In this document: positions 1 through 9,430 of the stretch, piece after piece
How the letters are laid out: each line of letters opens with the position of its first letter
Position numbering within the stretch: the stretch's first letter is position 1
Source of the DNA: a virus
Taxonomy: Duplodnaviria; Heunggongvirae; Uroviricota; Caudoviricetes
Reading direction: 5' to 3' (one strand)
DNA: 64,000 nt
Virus record (IMG/VR): IMGVR_UViG_3300049444_000130
Translations under genes and position numbers: made by a program
The notes under the pieces: model-generated
The model's input: only the letters and a program-made list of their open reading frames with translations
What the model was told of the DNA's origin: nothing
The model's database searches: none

Positions 1-20
1 CGACCCCGAGCGCCGCTGCC

Positions 21-308
21 ATGTCGCTCCAGGACATCAACCGCTACACCGAGCGCATCATTGCGGAAGGCGTGGTCAGTCCCCGCTTCACCGATCAGCG
101 GGGGGATACCGGGAAGCCCATCTACGGCACGCATGCCATCCATGTGTCGATGCTGGATACCGCCGACCGGGACTTCCTGGCGACGGCGTTGTTTCAGAAG
201 CTGGGCTTAACAACGGGGGATGCCGTAGCAATCCATGCCTTTCGCGAGGACGAACAGCGCCAAAACGATCCGAGCGTTAGCCCAGGAGTATCAGTGCCTT
301 CCGAGTGA
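21..308 (+). CDS. hypothetical phage protein; possible tail assembly chaperone (upstream of tape measure)
   Basis: ORF immediately 5' of the tape measure gene, overlapped by a second ORF in another frame (235..480). Position matches gpG/gpGT-type chaperones. No motif recognised. Confidence 0.3.
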   Translation: MSLQDINRYTERIIAEGVVSPRFTDQRGDTGKPIYGTHAIHVSMLDTADRDFLATALFQKLGLTTGDAVAIHAFREDEQRQNDPSVSPGVSVPSE

Positions 309-480
309 CATCCTTAAGCGGTGCACCCCTGGAGACCTGTTACTCAACATGTTGATCACCTGGCCTGAGATGGCGCAGGGACAGACACCACGGAGAGAAC
401 GAGAGCCAGATAGTCCCAGTTTCACGGCGCTGCTACGGGAGTTACGGCGCGAGCGCAACGGCCACCAGACGGAGTGCTGA
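235..480 (+). CDS. overlapping ORF (+1 frame relative to 21..308); possible frameshift extension of the chaperone, or a separate small gene
   Basis: Overlaps 21..308 by 74 nt and ends 2 nt before the tape measure start. Positional analogy only. Confidence 0.2.
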   Translation: MPFARTNSAKTIRALAQEYQCLPSDILKRCTPGDLLLNMLITWPEMAQGQTPRREREPDSPSFTALLRELRRERNGHQTEC

Positions 481-481
481 G

Positions 482-3352
482 ATGGCGGACACCAATCCCA
501 AGATTACGCTGACCGCGCAAGACAATATGAGCGGCCCGCTGACGTCGATTGCAGCGGCCCTCAAGCGCTTGGAGACGGCGGGGGAAGAGAACCTCGCGTG
601 GGTGACCCAGCTCGCCGCTGGCTTTGGCGGTCAGCAACACGCTGCCGAGCAACTCAGTACGGCGCTCCAGGGCGTGCAGACGCAACTGGCAGCGGGCATC
701 ACGGCACAGCAAGCCAACGCCACTGCGACCCAGGGGGCCACCCAGGCACTGACGCAACAAACGCAAGCGGTCACCGCCACCGGCACCGCCTGGCAGTCCA
801 TCCTCAGCATCGCTGGAGGCGTCGGCATTGCCACCAGTATCAGCGCCATTGTCGGGCAGCTCAAGCAGTTTGTCAGCGAATCCGTGCAGCTCGCCATCAA
901 AATGCAATCCCTCACCGCCTCGTTCACGGCGATTACCGGGAGTAGTGCAGGGGCACAGCATGCCCTCGGGTTTTTGCGCAGCATTGCCGTCCAGACCGGC
1001 ACAGATTTCCTGACCCTCGCCCAGTCCTTTAAGAACTTTGAGGCGGCGGCGCGAGGCACAGCCCTAGAAGGCACGAAGGCCGAAGGCGTGTTCCGGGCCG
1101 TAACCGGCGCCGCCCGCGTCATGGGCCTGTCGAGTGCCGATACGGGCCGGGCCTTGCTCGCCCTGGAACAGATGGTGTCCAAGGGCACCGTGTCCATGGA
1201 GGAATTACGCCGGCAGTTGGGCAATGCCCTTCCCGGCGCCTTCCAGATTGCGGCCCGGGCCATGGGGACGACGACCGAAGGGCTCCAGGCCATGCTGAAG
1301 CAGGGCATCGAGAGCAGTGACTTTGTGACCCGCTTTGGTGCGCAACTGCAACGAGAATTTGGCCCGCGCCTAGCTGATGCCGGACAAACCGCCGCCGCCA
1401 CCTTTGGGCGCCTGGGCAATGAAGTGCAAGCGATGGCCACCAGCGTGGGGGCAAGCATCCTGACGATCTTGACCCCGGTAGCCAGCTTTCTCGAAAGCAC
1501 GCTGCGGAAGGTGCGGGAGACGGAAGAAGCGGCGACCCGACGGGCCAAGGTCGGGCTGGGTGGGATTCCCGAAGGCGCCACCGAGCAGGAAGCGGCACGC
1601 CTCCTTGAGTTACAGAAAAACCAAGATGCGCTGCGGGGGCGCATGGCAGGGGGAGGGCCATTCCCGCAATTTCAAGGGCTCACGGCGCAGCGAGAACAGG
1701 CCGAACTGCTTGCCATTCAAGAACAGATCAAAGCCCGTAAAGACCTCAATGCCACGTTCGCGCGGGATGTCGCCCCCTCGCCCCTGCCCGGCATCCCCTT
1801 TGCCACCGAAGCCCGCAACATTCAGAAAGAAGTCCAGACGCTCCGGGACGAACTGAAAGCCACCAATGTGCAGGCGCAGGTCTTCCCCGCCATGAGTCAG
1901 GACAAGCTCCAGAACGCCAAAGATACGCTGAAAATCCTCGAAACCAGCCTGGAGAAATTGGCTGAGCAGATCGCCCAGACCAAAGACAAAGCGCCGGGCG
2001 TGATGGAGGATCAGAAAAAGCTCCTCGCCACCTTGAACCAGGAATATGCCGAGGCCCTCGCCAATGTGACCAAACTGGAGGCCGCCAAAGAAGCGGAAAC
2101 CGAGGCCACCCGCAAAGCCGCACGGGAAGCCGAGAAGGCCGCGCGCGACAACGAACGGCGGACGCGCGACAGTGCCAAGCTCCTAGCGGAGATGGGCATT
2201 GCGGCCCGACTGGCGGACACCACCGCGCAGGCCGGCGGCGATCCCGAGGCCATGCAGGCCGCCAAGAATGCGGCGGAAGAAGCCACGCTGCGGCAGACCA
2301 TTGCGGAGAAGGGGCTGGGCGCCGCGGTGGAAGAAACGGCGGTCGCCTTTCTCCGCCAGAAGCAAGCTGCCGACGACAGCGCCGCCACGATCGCGGTCAT
2401 GGTCAAGGAGCAACGCGACCGTATCCAAGAGCTGGCCAAGGACCTCGATATCTTTGGCCTCAACCTCGCCCCAGACCAGGAGAAAGCCCTGGCCTTCAGC
2501 AAGAAAATCCAGGATGCCCTCGCCGTCGCCCAGGCCCCCAAAGAGGAACGTCCAGAAACCCGCCTCCGTGCCCTGGCCGGGAAAGAAGGCATCCCCCTCA
2601 GCCCTGCCGATGAAGCGGGCTTGCGTCAGCTCACTCTCACGCTCCAAGAACAGGCCCAGGCACGGGAGATGGAGAAGATTACCACACAGCTCGCGAACAA
2701 TATGCGGCAGACGTTTGACACGCTCTGGGAGCAGGTCTTTACGGGGGGCGTGACGTCCTTTCAGCAGCTCGGGCAAGTGGTGGTGCAGTCGCTCCAGCGT
2801 ATGTTTGCGCAGCTCACGGCGCAAATCATGAACATGCTCCTCAATGCGGCGTCCGGGACCATGGACGAGAAGGGCGGCTGGGAGGGAGCGCTCGCACGGG
2901 GGATTGTCGGCGTGGGGCTGGCAGCCCTGGGGGGCAGTGACTTTGGCTCCGATATCCCGGGCATGACGAATGATCCCGCGGTGATTGGGGATCTCCAGAG
3001 CCAGATAAATCTCCTGGGCACCAGCTCAGCGGGGGGCAATGTTTTTCCAGGGTTGGGCACCATTCGCATGCTGGCCGGGGGCGGCATTGTGAATCGCCCA
3101 AGTTTCACCACTATTGCCGAGATGGGCCAGCCCGAGGCCGTGGTCCCCTTGAGTGGTGGGCGGTCGATTCCCGTGGAAATGCGGGGACAGCAGCCTGCCG
3201 GGAATCAGCCCATCGTCATTGAAATTCACAACGATTACACCAATGCCGTCAGCCCGAGTGCACTCAAAACTGGGAAGAAAGAGATTATTCAACATTTTAT
3301 AAGCGACTACAACGCCGATGGGCCGACCCGTCGTACCATCAAGGCAGGATGA
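482..3352 (+). CDS. phage tail tape measure protein (TP901-family core region)
   Basis: 956 aa, Ala/Gln-rich and coiled-coil. Contains the conserved tape-measure core segment ALEQMVSKGTVSMEELRRQLGNALPGAFQIAARAMGTTTEGLQAMLKQG. Many nested out-of-frame ORFs on both strands are GC artefacts. Confidence 0.9.
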   Translation: MADTNPKITLTAQDNMSGPLTSIAAALKRLETAGEENLAWVTQLAAGFGGQQHAAEQLSTALQGVQTQLAAGITAQQANATATQGATQALTQQTQAVTATGTAWQSILSIAGGVGIATSISAIVGQLKQFVSESVQLAIKMQSLTASFTAITGSSAGAQHALGFLRSIAVQTGTDFLTLAQSFKNFEAAARGTALEGTKAEGVFRAVTGAARVMGLSSADTGRALLALEQMVSKGTVSMEELRRQLGNALPGAFQIAARAMGTTTEGLQAMLKQGIESSDFVTRFGAQLQREFGPRLADAGQTAAATFGRLGNEVQAMATSVGASILTILTPVASFLESTLRKVRETEEAATRRAKVGLGGIPEGATEQEAARLLELQKNQDALRGRMAGGGPFPQFQGLTAQREQAELLAIQEQIKARKDLNATFARDVAPSPLPGIPFATEARNIQKEVQTLRDELKATNVQAQVFPAMSQDKLQNAKDTLKILETSLEKLAEQIAQTKDKAPGVMEDQKKLLATLNQEYAEALANVTKLEAAKEAETEATRKAAREAEKAARDNERRTRDSAKLLAEMGIAARLADTTAQAGGDPEAMQAAKNAAEEATLRQTIAEKGLGAAVEETAVAFLRQKQAADDSAATIAVMVKEQRDRIQELAKDLDIFGLNLAPDQEKALAFSKKIQDALAVAQAPKEERPETRLRALAGKEGIPLSPADEAGLRQLTLTLQEQAQAREMEKITTQLANNMRQTFDTLWEQVFTGGVTSFQQLGQVVVQSLQRMFAQLTAQIMNMLLNAASGTMDEKGGWEGALARGIVGVGLAALGGSDFGSDIPGMTNDPAVIGDLQSQINLLGTSSAGGNVFPGLGTIRMLAGGGIVNRPSFTTIAEMGQPEAVVPLSGGRSIPVEMRGQQPAGNQPIVIEIHNDYTNAVSPSALKTGKKEIIQHFISDYNADGPTRRTIKAG

Positions 3353-3355
3353 GCC

Positions 3356-5158
3356 GTGAACCTGACCGAGCACCGTCACTTTGCCGATGAGCTGTATCTG
3401 AGTTTGCAGCGCTGCGAATCCGCCTATAACGTCCCCATCCTGCAATGGGACGCCACCACGGCCACGCAGCTCACCGGCATAGACGACGCCAGCGTGCACG
3501 AGCAGTGGAACGATACCCTCGTGGGCGCCGACGCCATCCGCCTAGGCTCCCGCCTCGCCGCCGTGCACGCCCTGGCCTTGCGCAGCATGCTACTCCCGGT
3601 CACCCTCCCCCGGGTCACGCTCCACGCCCTCACGGGCTTGCTGGGGTTGACGCTGGGCCAGGTGACGACCGTGCAACAACTGGTGCCGTTGGTCCCCAGC
3701 TATCGGCACCGGCTGACGCTGGCCCCGCCGACCCAGCTCCCGAGTATCAGTGCACAAATCGGGCATCTGCAGAACGTGTACGCGCTCTATGGCGGGATCA
3801 AGGGGGACAGCTTTACCCTCCAGAACAACAGCGCCTATCTCCGTCTGACCACCCAGCTTATCGGCGCGGGCAGCCGGGTCGAAAGTACGGGCACGTTCCC
3901 CCGGGCGCTGACGCTCCTCACGACGGGCACGCCCCCCGAGGCGCACCGGATCGCCGATGCGGCGGCAGGGGTGTGGTATGTCTCCCCGGATGGCACCGGC
4001 AGCCTGCTCATCGATACCGTGCCCCCAGCGGGTGTGAGTCTGAACGTGGGTACGGGCCTGACGTTGCGCAGTATTCCCGGCCCGCGCTACCGCCTCGGCG
4101 TGGGCACGGAGGGCAGCCTGGAACTGCCGGTCGTCAGCACCGCACCGGCGGGGCTCCTCGAAGTCGCAGCCCTGCGGGATGCGACGGGCACCACCTGGTA
4201 CCTGTGGATGGACGGCGACACGCTGACCCTGGATGTGACCCTGCCCCCGCCCGCGCTCGTGCCCCGGGAGGAGCCCGCGTTGCGCTGGGGGACGGGACGG
4301 ATCTGGCTGGCCGACGTCACGGACACGCCGGCGCCCATCCCCCTCTTTCTGACCCAGGGGGCGCCCAATATTGGCCCGGCGCCACTGGAGGTGTCCAGTC
4401 GCGTCGTGGGGCTCACGCTCACGGGGGAGAATCATCTGCTGGCGACCGACGCCTATCGCCTGGCCAGTGGCGCCGTGCGGAGTAATTTCCACGCCGCCCA
4501 CCAGGCCCTCACCGTGACCCTCCAGCTCGAAGTGGACCCGGCGCGGGAGGCCGCCGACCTCGCCGCCTATCTCGATCAGCGCCTCCTGGCCCTGGAGTGG
4601 CAGTGCCTGCAGGAGGCGGTGACCATCGTCCTGGTGACCGCGGGCACGCCGCCGCTGTGGCATCAGGTGACCGACAGCGGCGGGGGCACCTGGTATCTCG
4701 GGGTCGATGTCCTGGGAGAACTCACGGTGAGCGACACGTCCCCAGGCGGCAGTGGGCTGGTCGTCGGCACGGGGCTCCAGCTCCTGGCCCTCGACGGCTG
4801 GCGCTATCGCCTGGGGGTGGATGGGTTGGGACAGTATCTCCTGACCCAAACCACGTTGGTCGGCCCCACGCCGCCGCGCACGGAGATGGGTGCGCTCCGC
4901 GACCCCAGTGGCGGCACCTGGTACGTGTGGCCGGATGGGTTTGGGGGCGTGGAAGTCTCCGCCACACCCGTCCTGCCCTACTGGCACCACGGCTTTGCCT
5001 GGCTGTTTCCTCGGCTGCAATGGCGCGCCCTGGTGCGGTCGACGCAAGCGCAAATGGATATTCTCGAACTTACGGGCACGGTCGAGGAGACGCCGCCCGA
5101 GGAGCCCGTCGTGCTCGATGTGTGGAATGCCCAACCGGGCTATGTCCAACTGGCGTAG
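3356..5158 (+). CDS. phage tail protein with internal repeats (distal tail / tail-associated)
   Basis: GTG start 1 nt after the tape measure stop (TGA..GTG). 600 aa with four repeats of a GGTWY(L/V)W-DG...V(T/S) motif and two RYRLGV(G/D) segments. Location fits a Dit/Tal-like gene. Confidence 0.5.
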   Translation: MNLTEHRHFADELYLSLQRCESAYNVPILQWDATTATQLTGIDDASVHEQWNDTLVGADAIRLGSRLAAVHALALRSMLLPVTLPRVTLHALTGLLGLTLGQVTTVQQLVPLVPSYRHRLTLAPPTQLPSISAQIGHLQNVYALYGGIKGDSFTLQNNSAYLRLTTQLIGAGSRVESTGTFPRALTLLTTGTPPEAHRIADAAAGVWYVSPDGTGSLLIDTVPPAGVSLNVGTGLTLRSIPGPRYRLGVGTEGSLELPVVSTAPAGLLEVAALRDATGTTWYLWMDGDTLTLDVTLPPPALVPREEPALRWGTGRIWLADVTDTPAPIPLFLTQGAPNIGPAPLEVSSRVVGLTLTGENHLLATDAYRLASGAVRSNFHAAHQALTVTLQLEVDPAREAADLAAYLDQRLLALEWQCLQEAVTIVLVTAGTPPLWHQVTDSGGGTWYLGVDVLGELTVSDTSPGGSGLVVGTGLQLLALDGWRYRLGVDGLGQYLLTQTTLVGPTPPRTEMGALRDPSGGTWYVWPDGFGGVEVSATPVLPYWHHGFAWLFPRLQWRALVRSTQAQMDILELTGTVEETPPEEPVVLDVWNAQPGYVQLA

Positions 5159-5508
5159 ACAGGAGCGGTGTGACCACTCCGCCAGCTCAAGCTTGGCGGC
5201 TTCTTTTGGAAGTGCCGTACTTGAACAGCGGCTTCGTGCAGCACGCATGAGTTGACAACCTCTACGTTACGCTGCACAGGCACGATCCATGCCCCACACC
5301 GCTGGCCCGACACTGACGTGGCAGCCTCAAAGGGTCGCGGATACTAGGAGTATAGCATGGTAGGACGTTTTGAAACAGTAAGCAAAGCCTAAACAGATGA
5401 CGAAAAACCTTGAACAAAGTCTGTCGAGGAAGAAAAAACTGGTGACCTTTCAGGCCAACCTTTCATTCCTCTGCCAGATACATCGGGCAGTCCCCTGAAA
5501 GGAGTTTT

Positions 5509-5880
5509 ATGGAAGGTCACGCCCACGACCGCATCACCATTAACATCATGACGCCGATGGAGGCGCAACAACTCATGGACACCTTTGCGGACATTCAAGC
5601 CAAACTCGCCCATCTCCAAGCCAATTCAAGCGAACTCAATGCCGGCATGGAACACATTGCCAGCGGGCTCGTGATGCTCCAGATGCAAGTCACGGAACAG
5701 ACGGCCCTCGTGCAACAACTGCGGGACCAACTGGCCGGGGGAACGGCCATCACGCAAGAACAAGTCGATGCGCTCGGCGACCAAGCCGACACGATCCAAG
5801 CCACGCTCAGTGAGGCGCTGGGCCATGAGCAGGCCATCGAGGACCTCTTACACCCGGAGGAGCCCCCCCCGGCTCCGTAA
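5509..5880 (+). CDS. hypothetical coiled-coil protein
   Basis: 123 aa with heptad-rich Q/L/A sequence. Preceded by a 350-bp AT-richer intergenic gap (5159..5508). Confidence 0.4.
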   Translation: MEGHAHDRITINIMTPMEAQQLMDTFADIQAKLAHLQANSSELNAGMEHIASGLVMLQMQVTEQTALVQQLRDQLAGGTAITQEQVDALGDQADTIQATLSEALGHEQAIEDLLHPEEPPPAP

Positions 5881-5891
5881 AGGACACTGCG

Positions 5892-7604
5892 ATGCATCCC
5901 TGGCACCCTCTCCGGCACCCCTGGCTATGCCTGCTGCTCCTGCTCCTGGTCTGCCTTGTGCCTCGTCATGGGACGAGCGCGACCAAGACGGGCCTGATGC
6001 AAGAGGACGCCGGCATTGTCAACGCCCTCAAGTACGGGGCGACCACGACGGCCCGCAATACCACGACGCTCACGGCGGCAGTCGCGGCGATTGGGGCAAC
6101 CCCGAAAACCCTGATGCTCTCTGCGGGCGCCTGGACGCTGACCGCCAATCTCACCATGCCGCCGACGTTGACGCTGTGGGTGCCCCAGGGGAGCACGTTA
6201 GATATCGACAGCGGGCATACGCTCACGCACCAGGGGCCGCTCAAGGTGGACGGCTGCAACCATTTTACGGGGGCCGGGACGATCCTGCTCCCGGCCATTG
6301 CGGAACTCAACGTATGTTGGTTTGGCGCCACGGGGCAACTCGACGTGGACGATACCGCCGCGTTTCAGCGGGCCGCGCGTGCCCTGAACATGACGCCCAC
6401 GGGGGGCCATGCCACGGGCGTGGGCTGTTGTGCGCCGGTCTTCCGCATTCCTGCGGGCTCGTACAAACTCACCGCGCCGATCCAATTTACGCATGGGGTG
6501 TCCATTAAAGGCCACGGCCCCGCCAATACGCTGCTGGTCGCCTTTAATCTGGCCGGGAATACGTTTGAAACGGGGGGCATGAGCGGGACCGCAGCCCGCT
6601 TTGCGGTCGAGGACCTGACCTTCCTAGCGCTCACACCGAAAACGGCAGGGGCCGCCATTCTCGCGAGTACCCCCAATCCGCTCGACGATTCGCAAGTGCA
6701 ACTCTTCATTCACAATGTCTCGTGCCGGGGGCATTTCAACTGCTTTGATCTGCAGAATAGCGCCTATGCCCATATTGTCGACAATATGCTGGAAGACGTG
6801 CGCGGCACGGGCATCGCTATTGCCACCTCCGGCAATCCTGATGCCGGGGACAACGTCATTGCCCATAACGTCATTGCCGGGGCGGCGGGGTCGGTCGGCA
6901 TTAGCGTGCGCACGGCAGGCCAGCGGATCGTCAACAATAAAATCCTGGCCTTTAGTGTGGGCATTAGTGTCGATCCCATCTCCACGACGGTGAATGACAG
7001 CGACATTCTCATTGCCAATAATAGCATCGAACTCCAGGGCACCTTTGGGATTCTCGTCCAAACCAGTGCCCTGGGGGGGCATCTCTACCATCTCCAGATT
7101 ACCAGCAATCAGTTGGCGCTGCTCCAAGGGGGCAGCCCCTCCGCCTCGATTGCCCTGTCCGGGCTGATTTCCTACACGACGATTGCCAATAACCTGATCA
7201 CGATGGCCGCCCAGGAGGGGACCTATGCCATTCTGCTCTCCTCGAATATTCGCGGCGAGACGCCAAGCGGCTGGGCCATTACCGGCAACCATATTGCGGC
7301 CCCGAACCTGACGACGGCCATTGGCATTCAGATCCCCCAGATTACCCCCCTGGAGTATCGCGGGATGGTGATGGGGAACTATGTCACCGGGCTCACAAAG
7401 CCGTATAGCGGCAACACCGCCGCGTTTATCGGGGGGACGTTTACGAGTGCCACCCTCACTGGGTTTGGAGGGCCGGGGTCCATCGTCTATTGCGCGGGCT
7501 GCGGGGTCACCAGCGGGGCCAATAATACCTGTGCGGGCTCAGGGCCGGGTGCCATGGCGATGCTCACGGAAGCCGGGTGGAAGTGTTTCAATAATCAGAA
7601 CTAG
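5892..7604 (+). CDS. secreted right-handed beta-helix (pectate-lyase-like) protein; tailspike/depolymerase-like
   Basis: N-terminal signal peptide. NVCWFGATG motif typical of pectate-lyase-3 domains. Repeated (I/V)xNN(S/K)I beta-helix rungs. The N-terminal ~100 aa are paralogous to those of the 13156..15384 protein. Confidence 0.6.
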   Translation: MHPWHPLRHPWLCLLLLLLVCLVPRHGTSATKTGLMQEDAGIVNALKYGATTTARNTTTLTAAVAAIGATPKTLMLSAGAWTLTANLTMPPTLTLWVPQGSTLDIDSGHTLTHQGPLKVDGCNHFTGAGTILLPAIAELNVCWFGATGQLDVDDTAAFQRAARALNMTPTGGHATGVGCCAPVFRIPAGSYKLTAPIQFTHGVSIKGHGPANTLLVAFNLAGNTFETGGMSGTAARFAVEDLTFLALTPKTAGAAILASTPNPLDDSQVQLFIHNVSCRGHFNCFDLQNSAYAHIVDNMLEDVRGTGIAIATSGNPDAGDNVIAHNVIAGAAGSVGISVRTAGQRIVNNKILAFSVGISVDPISTTVNDSDILIANNSIELQGTFGILVQTSALGGHLYHLQITSNQLALLQGGSPSASIALSGLISYTTIANNLITMAAQEGTYAILLSSNIRGETPSGWAITGNHIAAPNLTTAIGIQIPQITPLEYRGMVMGNYVTGLTKPYSGNTAAFIGGTFTSATLTGFGGPGSIVYCAGCGVTSGANNTCAGSGPGAMAMLTEAGWKCFNNQN

Positions 7605-7670
7605 GGGAACCGTCTGGCCTATTTTGCTCTCGGGGGCGCGTTACAACTGTCGTTTAATCCACACTATCCC

Positions 7671-8186
7671 GTGACCCGGACGCTGGTGGCGCCGCGCCTC
7701 GCCACGCCGGTGGGGGGCGGCGCCAGTCAACTGCGCCGGCGCTACGCGCGGCCCCTCTACCAATTTACACTCAACGAGACCCAGAGCACCCGCGCGGAGG
7801 CGACCGCGTTGCTGGGGTTTCTCACGTTTGTGCAGGGGGATATCCCGTTTTTCTGGAGTGGCGGCGAGTGGGGCACGCAGAATACCCCCCTCCTCGTGGG
7901 CTATGGCGATGGCGTGCGCCAGCAGTTCTTGCTGCCCAACCGGTACATCACGGGAAACCTGGAGGTGCAGGTCAATGGCGTGGCGATCCCGACCCCGGGC
8001 CTCGATGGGGCGACCGGACTCCTCAGCCTCCCCACGATTGCCTGGGGGGCCCTGATCACCGCGACCTATACCTGCACGTACCGCGTGACGCTGTGGCAGG
8101 AGGGCGAGACGCTGGCCACCGAGGAGAATATCGCCCTGGGGCTCTTTCGCCGGCAGGGGATCGTGTTCCGGGAATTTCCGTTCTAG
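7671..8186 (+). CDS. conserved phage tail protein, possibly DUF2460/GTA-gp12-like
   Basis: 171 aa. The gene order here (tape measure, this gene, BR0599-like, NlpC/P60, host specificity) mirrors GTA/HK97-like tails. Sequence-level assignment is not verified. Confidence 0.35.
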   Translation: MTRTLVAPRLATPVGGGASQLRRRYARPLYQFTLNETQSTRAEATALLGFLTFVQGDIPFFWSGGEWGTQNTPLLVGYGDGVRQQFLLPNRYITGNLEVQVNGVAIPTPGLDGATGLLSLPTIAWGALITATYTCTYRVTLWQEGETLATEENIALGLFRRQGIVFREFPF

Positions 8187-8283
8187 GAGGCGTGGGACGA
8201 AAAGTTTCAGTCAAGAGTATATCAGCGCACTCAATCGTCTCGACCAGACGGGCGGATTCTTTTGCGCCGGCATCGCGTTTGAA

Positions 8284-8709
8284 GTGGGGGATGTGGCCGG
8301 CACGACCCTCTACTTTGCGGACGTGCAGACGCCGTTCACGTTCGAGAACCATGCGTACCAGCCGCTCCTCCTGCGCTTTGACGGTCTGAGTCAGGCAAGT
8401 CAGCAGCAGTTGCCGGCGGTCAGTGTGACGGCGCCCAATATTGATGGCCAACTCGGGGCGTGGCTTGAAGTCCATGACGTGTGTGGGCTGATCATTATTC
8501 TGTACCTGTTTCACCTGGACGCAATAGGGCAGGCGACGGAAGCGGATCGGGTCCGGCTCAGTATCCTGGCCGCCGAATGGGATTGGTTGCAAGCAACGTT
8601 GCATTGTGGGTTGGATCTCGGTTTATCTGAGGTGCTCCCAAGAACACTCTATAATGCCCTGGAAGAGCCAGGCAGCCCCGAAGGACTACGCCGTGCCTCC
8701 ATTTTGTGA
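8284..8709 (+). CDS. conserved phage tail protein, possibly DUF2163/BR0599-like (GTA gp13-like)
   Basis: 141 aa from the first ATG. The start may lie upstream at a non-ATG codon. Assignment rests on position only. Confidence 0.3.
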   Translation: MGDVAGTTLYFADVQTPFTFENHAYQPLLLRFDGLSQASQQQLPAVSVTAPNIDGQLGAWLEVHDVCGLIIILYLFHLDAIGQATEADRVRLSILAAEWDWLQATLHCGLDLGLSEVLPRTLYNALEEPGSPEGLRRASIL

Positions 8710-8710
8710 C

Positions 8711-9373
8711 TTACTCTTGCAGCATCCACCAGACGCGCAAGGCGCGTTGCGCGGAGGCCCACGCGGCGGGATCAAAGGGCCGACCGAGGGCCTCCATTTC
8801 GGCCTGGACATGCGCCTGTTCAACGGCAAAGGTGGGAGGCGGCGAGGTCAGGCCCGCGTACATATTTTGGTATTTGACCAGCTGATCCTGCTCGGCTTTG
8901 ACAAAACGGAGCCCGGCAAAATGTATCCGCAATTGCCGGATGTCCATCGTGGACCCCGCGGCGACCAAGCCGACGAACGGAATAAAGCTGGCGGCGTGGG
9001 GCGTCGAGGTCATGGCCACGTAGACCCACGTACTCTGGTCGTCCGGAAGGTACAGGACATCGGCGGGTTGACCATAGCGGCGGGCCAGCGCCTCTTTCGT
9101 CATCGTGGTCGTGAGTGTGCCCGTGTGGACATCGGGCAAGGCGGGGGTGAGGGCCTGGGTACAGCTCAGCAGCATCAGACTGAGCCAGAGAATCAGACAG
9201 CCGAGGAAGGTCTTGCCGGCATCCTTCAGCGCCGTTGTTGTCGTACTCCAGGTATGGAGGCGTGACTGCATGAGTCGTGAAACTTCCTTGCTGGCGGAGG
9301 TGCCGTGCTCCAGGCAGGCAATGCGAAAGGCACGCCACACCGCGTCATCGAGATACAGAGTTACTTTCGTCAC
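8711..9373 (-). CDS. opposite-strand moron: ribbon-helix-helix N-terminus fused to, or overlapping, a lipoprotein (lipobox LLSC)
   Basis: Minus-strand ORF embedded in the + strand tail operon. The N-terminus MTKVTLYLDDAVWRAFRIACLEHGTSASKEVSRLMQ is CopG/RHH-like. Then FLGCLILWLSLMLLSC (signal peptide plus lipobox) and a ~150 aa periplasmic domain. GC3-rich codon usage favours this strand over the antisense ORF 8606..9265. Confidence 0.45.
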   Translation of the reverse strand: MTKVTLYLDDAVWRAFRIACLEHGTSASKEVSRLMQSRLHTWSTTTTALKDAGKTFLGCLILWLSLMLLSCTQALTPALPDVHTGTLTTTMTKEALARRYGQPADVLYLPDDQSTWVYVAMTSTPHAASFIPFVGLVAAGSTMDIRQLRIHFAGLRFVKAEQDQLVKYQNMYAGLTSPPPTFAVEQAHVQAEMEALGRPFDPAAWASAQRALRVWWMLQE

Positions 9374-9430
9374 CGTCGTCTCCTTTGCCTATGCATTCAT
9401 ACGTCATTACGTAAAGCAGTCTATCAACCC

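Noticed and set aside
598-2824. Many long ORFs in alternative frames and on the antisense strand within the tape measure gene (e.g. 631..1644 -, 2183..2824 -, 2199..2753 +)
   Set aside because: Typical open-frame artefacts of 65% GC DNA. They are Arg/Pro/Ala-rich and nested in a gene with a clear conserved tape-measure core.
3590-5248. 552-aa antisense ORF opposite the tail protein 3356..5158
   Set aside because: Low-complexity R/G/P-rich translation. The sense strand has a structured repeat protein in operon register.
8606-9265. + strand ORF antisense to the RHH-lipoprotein gene
   Set aside because: Low-complexity G/R/P-rich translation. The - strand product has recognisable RHH, signal-peptide and lipobox features.
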